NCBI GenBank assembly: GCA_037379345.1
Contig: CM074520.1
Coordinates: 7,068,001 to 7,132,000 of the forward strand
Reading direction: 5' to 3'
Length of the DNA: 64,000 nt
From: Perna viridis
Lineage: Eukaryota
A program made the translations under genes and the position numbers. The notes under the pieces are model-generated. The model saw nothing but the letters and a program-made list of their open reading frames with translations, was not told the DNA's origin and did no database searches. Every line of letters starts with the position of its first letter. Position 1 is the first letter of the stretch. Below, one piece after another: positions 41,643 through 51,415 of the stretch.

Positions 41643-43403
41643 CTGTAAAAAACACTTCCCCTGTTCAGCGTTCTCTTTCACTGACGTTTTGTAGAATGAC
41701 TGGTGGAATTCTGGCTCCATGTCATTCACATCCCGAATCGTCACCAGAACAACAGTGGTAGAAGAAAGAGATGGAATTCCAGAATCTGATGCTACCACAG
41801 TAATCCGAGGTTGTGCATTCACTTCACAATCTGTTTTATCCACACGCGTAGAGATAAATCCAGTGTTACTGTCGATTTTAAACCAGTCCGAGTTGGTGTC
41901 CTGAACATCCAAAATTCTATATGTTATTTTCGCATTCTGACCTTCATCCTTGTCTGTTGCTGTGACTTTAGTTACTGGGGTACCAACTGCTGACTGTTCT
42001 GAAATTTCCGCTTGGTACTCCTTTTTTGAAAAAGACGGAGCATTGTCATTGATATCATCAACAAATAATGTGAAAGATGAAGTAGCATGCAGTGGACGAT
42101 CACCTGAATCCACAGCCACAATATTCAGGTCATACTTGGCAACATTTTCCCTATCCAGTAAACTTTTTACATATATGAAATAGATTACTTTGTCTTCAGT
42201 CCTTAGACCGAAATGACCAAGATCTCCTTGTAGTGATACATTTATATTGGAAAAATATTCTGTGGGATTGTCTGGATCACTCACTGATATTCTAACAACA
42301 TAGGTTCCTATCGTGGCATTCTCCGCGACTGCAGCAGACTGATTTGAGGTGGTTAAAAACATAAGGTTGATAGTTGCTGGTTTCTCATTTATATTTTCAA
42401 CAAAAACTTCTATTCTTGCAGATGAAAATAATGGTTGAGAACCATTATCTGTAGCAATAACTGAAAGTTCATATTTTTGTGTTGTTTCATAATCTAAAGG
42501 TTTATTTACGCGTACAATACCGCTTGATGGATCTACAGAGAATCTTTCTTCAGAATTGTACAGATGGTCCAGAGTATACGTAATTTTGGCATTTTCTCCA
42601 GAATCTTGGTCAGTAGCTTCAACTCTTGCTATACTTGTACCAACTGGTACACTTTCATTTACGCGGATGGAGTATTTGGTGTGTATGAATTGAGGAGGGT
42701 TATCATTCGCATCTATGATGGTAACATTAACACGTACATCACCAGACCTCTGTGGGTCTCCTCCATCTACAACACGTATTAGTAAATTATATGTAGATTT
42801 TTCTTCATAGTCTAAGGCACTTTTTGTTTCAAGTTCTAAATTAAATAAGCTACTACCAGATCTTTTAGTTCTTAATTCAAAGTGTCCATCTTCATTTCCA
42901 ACAATAATTTGAGCGTCTTGAATTCCATTTTGTCCAATATCCTGGTCTACAACACTCCCAACTATAACTTTAGTTCCAACTGGTGTTGTTTCTGAAAGAC
43001 TTAGCGATTTGCTCCCATTTGGAAAATATGGAGAATGATCATTGTCGTCTGTAACATTTATATAAACTTTAATGATATTTCCTGTAGTTGTTGCGAAGAA
43101 TACTAATTGGTAATTTGCTGTAGTTTCTCTATCTAACTTCTTGCTAGTCCGTATATCACCGTTTTCTAAGTCTATATTGAAGTCTGGAGAATCTTCAAAC
43201 GCTTGAAATGGAGGGGCTATATTGGAGTTGCCCTCCCCGATCGTACCAACATACACGCTAGCTGACTGCTCCTCCCGAACACTCAAAAACTGCTCCAAAT
43301 CACCTTTACAATGGCTTGCAAGTATACTCACAATTATTAACAATATAAAATTCCATTTTTTAAGTCTAGTGTGATGGGGAACACAACTGGCAAAGTGTTC
43401 CAT
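41643..43403 (-). CDS. DCHS1: Dachsous protocadherin, first coding exon (signal peptide, cadherin repeats EC1-EC5, start of EC6)
   Basis: 606-aa ORF with hydrophobic signal (FILLIIVSILASHCKG) and repeated cadherin motifs (LDRE/LDYE, AxDxG, DxNDNxP). Exon ends at CFLQ with donor CAG|GTAAGT (GT 41642-41641); 1761 nt, phase 0. The spliced CFLQ|VSAFDPDC resembles Dachsous family sequence as I recall it. Confidence 0.93.
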
Positions 43404-44831
43404 TTTGATTTAAAAAATATATTTTTCCAACTCCAAATATTTACATTCCTCTGAAAAATACAGTATCTTCTATTTTCTAAGTCATTTTTCTTCGCTTGAA
43501 AATATTTCGATTCGTATAAAAATAATTTTAACAGTTTGTCCAATTTCTCACAGCATGTTTCGGCTATTTGTTGTTAAATGGTAAAACAAATCCGTCACAC
43601 GAAACCCCATTATACAATTACAACGGTATAGCATTTGTCACTTCTTATTTACCTGTAAAAATGTTAACACCTGAGAATTAACGGCAACCTCTGATTATAA
43701 TCGTTCCTTATCGTATCACACTTGTACTAAATAATTCAAATCTTCATCCAAATCCATTTTTATCACCAACGGTCCAAATTCATGTCCATTTTGTATTATT
43801 TCAGTGGAATACACACAATGCTACCTGAACTCTCAGTTACTATGTATAGGACTCCAATCAAGCCTCGGTTTCGATTCGTTTGAGATTTACCGCTTCGGTA
43901 GAGAATGGCCTTAAGATAATCTATTTGTTGAGCAAAAGACTCTACAACGCTTTGTGAGATTATATCAGAGTATTTTTAATTAAAGAATTAAAGAATTAAC
44001 AGTCTAATAATGTACATTTACTACTTAGACATTAGAATTGAATGTTTTCATATAAAGACGTACGGTTTCTTCAAAGAATATAACTTGCAGAGATCAAATC
44101 GGATAAAAAAGTTATTATCAGTGACAAAATTAAATGGGACATTCAGAGGGGACCAAGAGGATCGCTTAACTTTAATTTTTAACGGGGAGAATACTATATT
44201 TTGCTGAAAAAAACATTTGACCAGGGAGTGCAATATAAAGTCCCGATGTCAGAGACCTATAATCAATTACAGTTATATGCTGGTGTGACGTATATATAAA
44301 TATATAAATTCAAATTCATTTCTTTACTTAACCAACTCATAGGACCATAAGCTTATAATCACAAAGGAGAAAAAAATTTAAAAAAATATATATATATGCA
44401 TTAATAGCACGGTGACAAATGACGGATCAATTCCTGAATGCCATAAGTGCAAGCTTATGGTAATTGCTCAGTTTCGCTGGTCAACAGCAGTTTTTAAGAA
44501 CGTCCAAAGCAATTTAAATTTTTGTATGATATTCAGTCTGCTAAATATTGAAAACATATCTTTCTAAACGTGCTTGACGCCGAGGTAAAAACTCTTGATC
44601 CTGTATAGGTGTGTATTCATGCACAACAAAATATTTCATTTTGAAGCTCTGAGGCAAAATGAAGAGATATGTGAAAAGTGGGGTACCCGGCATAGGCACT
44701 GGTTTCGTATTTTAAAAAAAAATACCCCTTCCCTTCCATTCCTTTTACACAAGGTAAATATATACCATTTCTAGGGAAGGAAAGGGGTAAAATTTTGGAC
44801 AAGTTCCTGTGGGACATGGTCTCACTTTGAA

Positions 44832-44864
44832 AGAGTAATCAGGGGAACCAAGGTTATAGCGGTA
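44832..44864 (-). mobile_element. Extreme 3' tip of the same element
   Basis: AGAGTAATCAGGGGAACCAAGGTTATAGCGGTA, reverse complement of 46790-46822 with few mismatches. Confidence 0.7.
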
Positions 44865-46267
44865 ATCTATATATATTTGAAGAAATATATTAAACAAATT
44901 TACTTGTGTAAATAATACTACACTAATTACGAATATGCATGCTTATTTACTGAACTACAGTCCTATCGGAGTAACTTTTTTGTCGTGTTGCAGCATAAAA
45001 ATATAATAAAACTCATATCAAAGTTTTTGGAGACCCATCTTGGATTGGTAAAACAAATTTTCCCCCAATCAATTATATGCAAAGGGAGACAATCGCTAAG
45101 CAGAATAAAGCAAAAGTGAATAGAATACATTTATATTTTAATAAAATTAAAAACATACAAGTCAATCTAACTGAAGTGCATTTTTTTCATATATCATACT
45201 TCGAAAGAAAATGTTTACAAAATGATGTTTCAATTGCAAAGAAAATGTTTTAGTGGACAGCGGGCGACCTTCAAATTTCTCAACTTTTATGGCTTAATTG
45301 TCCCGAGAGTCAACAAATCCAGTTACCCTTGATGCTATCTAACGTTATGTACGCCTAATGTTCTCGTTTTATTCAACTTTATTCTAGAAAACGATAAGTA
45401 ACCGACAAAAGGTATAAAACGATCAGTGCTGCGCTCTTACCTTAATATATCCTTCATTACCTCGTAAGTTCTACACAAAGTAGCAATGGGAGAAAATAAT
45501 ATTTCGACTATACTCTTTTTATTGTTATACAAAGTCTATCAGAAGTTTCGTTTTGACTCCAAATTAGCCATTTTGTCTTCATTAATATCGATTTAATGTT
45601 CCCCCTTTTCCTAAAAAAAAAAAAGAATCATAGAGTCCACACCCGGGCCATTAATCTATCGTTCTACACTAAATTCAAGTTCGTCATTAGCGTTAGATCA
45701 CAACAAACAAATGAGCGAAGTTTGAAATTTATTGTATTTTATGTTACATGTATATACGGCTTTCGACGTGTAAAAAAATCCCATAAAAATATGAAAAAGT
45801 CAATTACACCAAAATGAAAAATAGGAATTTCAACAAGATGTTAGTAGACCTTGATACATTTAAAAAAAAAATTGAATAAAAAAAACAAAACAAAAAAATG
45901 TAAAATTTGAAGTAAATCTAACATGCCATTCCCAAAATATAAGATGACATGTAAAATCTTGAACCTCCCCCTTTTGAAGTTTATTACTCAGAACCTAAAG
46001 CTGGAATTTTCTTCAAAAATGTAGTTACGATGTAGCATGTTAACGCAACATATTTATTACGACCCGTCTTAGACGGGCTTATCAAAACTACAAGCGCCAT
46101 TGTATAAATCATTTCAAAATAAGATGTGTAACGGCATACATGACTACCAAAAATATAATGTATTACATCTATATTCCTTGCTTCATCAAAGTCAAAATTA
46201 CTTGATGAAACGATTATTGGACTGAACTTCCTTAGCTTTTCTTTTATCAAACAAATTACTTTATAGG

Positions 46268-46822
46268 TTCCATTTCTCAGGATATATCATGTGGCAACAT
46301 CCCTTCAACACCTGCGTATGGAGTGTTCATATCACAACTCATACGTTACACCAGAGCTTGCCGAAACTACGCAGACTTTTTGTATCGCGCTAGTATTCTA
46401 ACAAATAGGCTTCTGGAACAGGGTTATCTTACTACAAGATTGAAGTCATCACTACAGAAGTTTTATGGTCGTCACCATGAACTCGTGAACCGCTACGGTG
46501 TATCCATCTGCGCCATGAAAATTTATTTGTTCAACGTGTCATAGTTTTCTTTTCCTCTATCGTCTACCCCGGACTTGACTTTTTATGAGCAACTCGGCGG
46601 GTGTTTCTAGAAAAGCAGAGGACGCTTGCCCTACCGGTGCACCTGGTCCATGCTCACAGTTTTTAGTGAGTCCGAGTTGCTCATTTGCTTTTGTTACTTT
46701 ATATGTATGATTTTAGTTTCTTTATGTTCTTTGTTGTGTATGTCTGTTTTTCACGTCTGGTCTTTGTCCCTGGATTACATTCTTTTGAATACCGCTATAA
46801 CCTTGGTTCCCTTGGTTACTCT
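46268..46822 (+). mobile_element. 5'-truncated Penelope-like retroelement (RT C-terminal region + 3' non-coding tail)
   Basis: Translates CGNIPSTPAYGVFISQLIRYTRACRNYADFLYRASILTNRLLEQGY...LQKFYGRHHELVNRY, typical of the C-terminal part of invertebrate PLE reverse transcriptases; T-rich tail ending CTTGGTTCCCTTGGTTACTCT. Confidence 0.8.
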
Positions 46823-47096
46823 ATCATATCTTGGTTGATTTATATAATACAACGAGTTTCGTTTGTGATGAAAATGAGTGCAGAATCATTTGTCAACTTG
46901 CATACAGTCTGTAATTGTAAGTTCATGATATGTTCTGATAAATCTTTGTTGAATACAGTTCCATCTCTAAAAGCAAACCTTAAATTTGTAGTGACATTGG
47001 TAGAAGACAAAATAGTATATCATATATATATAGTATAATCTTTAGTACACCACACCTGACCTCCCAACTTTCCCAATAAATAATCCTTCCCCTGAA

Positions 47097-47113
47097 AATA
47101 ATAATAATAATTA

Positions 47114-47140
<27 letters not shown>
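47097..47140. repeat. (AAT)n microsatellite
   Basis: About 14 units; source of the poly-Ile in ORF 46980..47228. Confidence 0.95.
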
Positions 47141-47144
<4 letters not shown>

Positions 47145-47372
47145 GACGTAAACGGCACGAAAACTAATTTTAATTCGACACATTTTGTAGCTACATACAA
47201 ACATACGACACAAAGCACGCACACACATTAGACGATAAATAAGGGTTAAAGCACTCGTATAATGTAACTACCTTCAAGCACAAAGAAAAAAAGATAGATG
47301 AAAATCAGAATTAAAAAGCACATTTTAGATTTCAAATAAAAGGATCGAAGGGGTCCAGAAAGGTAATAAGTA

Positions 47373-47524
47373 GGTCCCTCTAGTAGTACATGTACCCAAG
47401 TTTCTTGGGTCCCTCTAGTAGTACCTGAGTTTCTTGGGTCCCCCTAGTAGTACCCGAGTTTCTTGGGTCCCTCTAGTAGTACCTGATTTTTTTTTGGGTC
47501 CCTCTAGTAGTACCCGAGTTTCTT
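47373..47524. repeat. 29-bp minisatellite, about 5 copies
   Basis: Unit GGGTCCCTCTAGTAGTACCYGAGTTTCTT. Confidence 0.93.
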
Positions 47525-47738
47525 ATTAGATATTGATATAATGTATTTTCTTTATGATATTTTCAATAAAACAGTCTTAAATACGTTTTTTTCCCTTAAA
47601 GATTAACAAATCAACGGAAATAATGATTGTCGATAAACTGAGGAAAATAATCGGAATCACCCGACATGCCCTCAAATACCTGTGAATAATGTCCTAAACG
47701 TTTGAAAATGTTTAGTTCCCTTTTGCAGGGAATACCCT

Positions 47739-47970
47739 CAGTGGCGGGCCCAGACATTTACAAAGTTGGGTGGGCAAGCCTATTTCATCATGAGGAAAGC
47801 GGAAAAATGGAATTTATATTCATTTGTTGTACTAATACAATACTATTATAACATAAGCACGTACGATTATTTCTTTCTGATTGTTTTTCATATCAGTACA
47901 TACAATATATTGAACTAAAAATCAATTTCATAGGAGATCGAGTCATTCGTCCTCTTGGATCTGCCTCTTG
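47739..47970. mobile_element. Degenerate MITE
   Basis: Ends CAGTGGCGGGCCCAG ... TTGGATCTGCCTCTTG resemble CAGTGGCGGATCCAG-type TIRs. Confidence 0.45.
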
Positions 47971-48654
47971 ACCTTTGTGTGGTAATATTTGCCTATATAT
48001 ATCAAAGTTATTTCAATACCAGGCAATTTGACACTCAGTGGACCCAAAGACGCGATTCCCATTTTGCACAAAGGGTTTGATTATATATAACGACAGCGCC
48101 AACTTTAACACCAGTCAGTCATTTCATCCATCTAGACCGAATATTAGAATTGATATAACAATCATCAAAGCCCATAGATTTGTAAAGCCTGTTAGCATCT
48201 GCAATTATATCTTACACCACCAGAGGGAAATACCTCATTGGCATACCACGGGTATGGTTCAAATGCAGATAGTTAGTCTCCTATAGAGGTATTTCTGATA
48301 CATCAGATTTAATTATTTGTTATTTACAGTTATTACTGCGAACTAAGTATGCTGGTTAATTTAGTTTGAATTAACAACGATTCGACTTTAAAATAGCTGA
48401 CATCTAACTTCTTATCAGCACCTGATTTTATTTCTATGCACGGGTCGTTCACTGTCGTTATATCCATTTGATGTTTAGTTAGAAATGAAAGCCCGTCAAG
48501 ATTATAAATAGTCATCAACCAAGAAAGAAAATATAACGCAGAATGCTGAGTGCTTATTAGATGAACTAACTTCAGATATTCCATACAGGCCCGAGCGAAT
48601 CCAAAAATCTACAAAAAAGGACAGAGCATGGTTCCGATCAAGAAACATATATAA

Positions 48655-48681
48655 AGAGTAATCAAGGGAACCAAGGTTCTA
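48655..48681 (-). mobile_element. Extreme 3' tip of the same element
   Basis: AGAGTAATCAAGGGAACCAAGGTTCTA, nearly identical to 49131-49157. Confidence 0.7.
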
Positions 48682-49129
48682 AATCCATCCTGATGTATCG
48701 TCCATTGTATCGTGCTTTTATAAACATGGAGCTTTTCTTTGGAAACATGCCGTATTAAACAAACTAAATTTTTGAAAGTTGGAAACAAATTGTAAATTGA
48801 ACTCACCCTTTACATATTTACAGTACGGTTACCGTATCATCCTGTCTTTACCGGGAACCCTGGAGACGATAGATAAAAATAAAACCCTGCTTGGTCGATA
48901 GCGTTGAAATTTTGACAACGTAATTTTCTGAGGAATGATGCCAGTCTGAGGTCGGGTGATATCGTTTTTTGGTAATAATCATTCTATTTGGCCATGTGTT
49001 ACGATAATTAATAGAGCTGTGGGTGCTTCAGGGCCTTAAAAGTGCATGGCTAGTGTTTTACACACCAGTCACATTTGTTTAAACTATATTCTAAGACTTT
49101 GGCGTTTATGTTGATATACGTGTCTCTGG

Positions 49130-49290
49130 AAGAGTAATCAAGGGAACCAAGATTCTAGCAGAAATCAAAAGGATGTAGTCCAGGGGCAAAGACCAGACAG
49201 GGAAAATAGACACACACAACAAAGAACATAAAACACATACAAAGTTACAAAAGTAAATGAGTAACTCGGACTCCACTAAAAACGGAGCAT
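49130..49290 (-). mobile_element. 3' fragment of the same Penelope-like element
   Basis: Reverse complement matches about 46650-46822 (TTTTTAGTGGAGTCCGAGTT...TGGTCTTTG...CTTGGTTCCCTTGATTACTCT). Confidence 0.82.
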
Positions 49291-49876
49291 CAATATCCAT
49301 TGATTCAGTACATGAGTACTTTGATTAATTTCTTGATCGCCACGGTACCCAGGTATGATCAATACATGGTCATTTTTTTAACAGCAACACACACAAAAAA
49401 AACCCCAAAGGTACACAGTAATAAATTCTCTACAGTGAATAATAAATAAGTTTTCAATGAGTTGATTCTTTTTTTTCTTATAATTTACATGTACGGAAAT
49501 TCTCCCTCATTTATTCCGGGACGTGAAAGCTTTTACTTTTTTTGTGATACATATGCTGGAACGAAACAAGACGTTGGTCTTTAATTTCGTGAAATCAAAC
49601 TCTGGGAAAGTTTAATATACTGAAATATCTATTATTTAATCCCTATTTTAAGTAATTATCTTGTTTTTAAGTTATAAAATAATATGAATTCTTTCACATA
49701 GTAATATAATATATTTCATTTTTAATCCGTCTCATAAAAATACATTTCGGAAATTTGCATATTGTATTTACCACAGACATTGAAATGGTTGAAAATCGAA
49801 AGTTGATAATTTGTCACAAATCCCTCTTTTTGTTGGCTATGTAGGGACTCATATACCATCACAGCATTCACACAAT

Positions 49877-49998
49877 ATGAGTGCCAAAGTTCTTCCGTCG
49901 TCCAGAAGTGAACTGGACGTTTACCTCAAAGGAAACGAACTCAGGACCAAGTTCCATGATTTGTTCGATGCATTTAGTGTTTCGCAGGCAGACATCAA
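49877..49998 (+). CDS. MYCBP2: MYCBP2/Highwire/RPM-1 E3 ubiquitin ligase, coding exon 1
   Basis: ATG 49877, MSAKVLPSSRSELDVYLKGNELRTKFHDLFDAFSVSQADI; donor AA|GTATTT, phase 2, matching the next exon. Confidence 0.72.
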
Positions 49999-50760
49999 GT
50001 ATTTCATTGACATTTTACTTTTTCATACATATTTTCAAATTTTTAAAGATTTAAAAGTGCAATTTCTGTTTGAAACAAATTAAGATTGACTCACTTTTTC
50101 CAACTACATGTATCATACTGTATCCATGTACTTTAATGAATTGGAGTAAAATTCATTGACCAACACAGAATCTGAGATTGAAATCAGTACAAAGATATAT
50201 TACTTAATTTCATGACTTTTTTTATTACTTGTTACTTATTGTAATGAAAGAGTGATGGGTTAACCAGGGGCTGCTCTGGCTTCCAAAATTCTGTAGCCAG
50301 AAAAATCATCAGTTGCCAATTTTCAGAAAGGCAATGACTGCTCGTTCACACATTCATGGACCGGGAGACTCTACAGGCTAATTCACTACACATCCGGTTT
50401 CTGTCTATAACACACAGCATTGTGACGGACACCCCTCATGTATGTTAGTAATGTGGAAATTGTGAGAAATTCTTATTTTACAAATCTATACAAAATATTA
50501 CAAATACAATTTAAATCGTATTTGATGTAACAAATATCAATTAAATACATGTATCATTCAGAATTAAGACAAATTACACATTCAACATACTTGAAAAACT
50601 AAAACTATTTTAAACAAAGTTCACACCTCCAGAAAGATTGTTTTGGCACATGATTCAGTAAGGCACATCTTAAATTATAATGCTGCCATTCTAGACAGCA
50701 GTCACAGGCTAGTTAGTTTCAGCTAATTTCTCTTTACATGTAAATCATGTCCATTCACAC

Positions 50761-50983
50761 TGCAGAACCGTAGCCATGTGGGGTTCTTGAGGTTCTTAAG
50801 AAACCCACCTTGAAAACATATAAGCATTAAGCTAAGTTGAAGTTTGTGTGATTTGTGGCTATTAAAGTTGTTACCATCTTACGGTGCGAGTCTAAGAATG
50901 ATTTGTGGCTATTGAAGTTGTTATCATCTTACGGTGCGAGTCTAAGAATCCCCCTCTACAAATTCCTGCCTACAGGGCATGCA
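50761..50983. mobile_element. Degenerate MITE with internal 50-bp tandem duplication (50849-50948)
   Basis: Ends TGCAGAACCGTAGCCA / TGCCTACAGGGCATGCA; internal TGATTTGTGGCTATTRAAGTTGTTAYCATCTTACGGTGCGAGTCTAAGAA x2 (the duplication is certain, the MITE boundaries tentative). Confidence 0.55.
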
Positions 50984-51348
50984 CTGATCTTTCTTTGTAA
51001 TAACTAATATTTTAAGAACATTCCATTAATAGTTGTATGTTTGTGGATAAATTTTTCCGTAACGAATCCGGCGTTTCAGTCACAATTCTGTATTTCTTTG
51101 ACCCAAACCGGATGTGTGGACGATTAGCCTTAGAAGACTCCCCAGCCATGAGTGCATGGACTAGCATCCATTGCCTTTCACAAATTAGAGTCAAAACACC
51201 AAAAAAAAAAATATTCTTATTTTTAAAAAAATGACAGTATTATGTCCACTGATGAATTATCTTTGTCAATTCATCAAAACAATCCCTTCATTCAGGGTAA
51301 ATAAATTGTCATTGATTGATAGTATAATTTTTTCTTTTTTTTTCACAG

Positions 51349-51415
51349 GAAAAAGCAAGAGAAGAAAAAACCAAAGAAAAGGACAAAAAATAAAAGTAAA
51401 GATAAGAAATCCAAG
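51349..51415 (+). CDS. MYCBP2: MYCBP2 exon 2 (Lys-rich basic stretch)
   Basis: Long pyrimidine tract + cacag; KKQEKKKPKKRTKNKSKDKKSK, like the basic N-terminal stretch of MYCBP2; donor AAG|GTACTT; 67 nt. Confidence 0.85.

Larger units (their letters stand above)
43404..49876. promoter_or_regulatory. Divergent intergenic region containing the 5' UTRs/promoters of Dachsous and MYCBP2
   Basis: Lies between the two opposed start codons (6.5 kb); visibly more CpG than the gene bodies. TSSs cannot be placed from sequence. Confidence 0.6.

Noticed and set aside
41637-41654. Near-identical TGTTTTTT(T)ACAG|GTA at both ends of the 35.6-kb intron, suggesting intron gain by duplication
   Set aside because: Explained by C-F-L-Q codons at the exon end and an ordinary T-rich acceptor; low complexity, and the intron appears old.
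41719-42782. Plus-strand ORFs overlapping Dachsous exon 1 (also 12..209 and 4537..4749)
   Set aside because: These are antisense shadows of cadherin coding sequence.
43640-43665. CATTTTTACAG|GTAAAT as a 5' UTR splice site of Dachsous
   Set aside because: It could be an acceptor or a donor; no partner exon can be defined without transcript data.
46545-46830. Hammerhead ribozyme associated with the Penelope-like element
   Set aside because: No CUGAUGA...GAAA core with flanking stems was seen here or at the other CTGATGA hits I inspected.
46980-47228. Poly-isoleucine membrane peptide ORF
   Set aside because: Produced by the (AAT)n microsatellite.
47373-47524. CRISPR-like array (also considered for 4028-4556)
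   Set aside because: Units are contiguous with no unique spacers, the context is eukaryotic and no cas genes are present.
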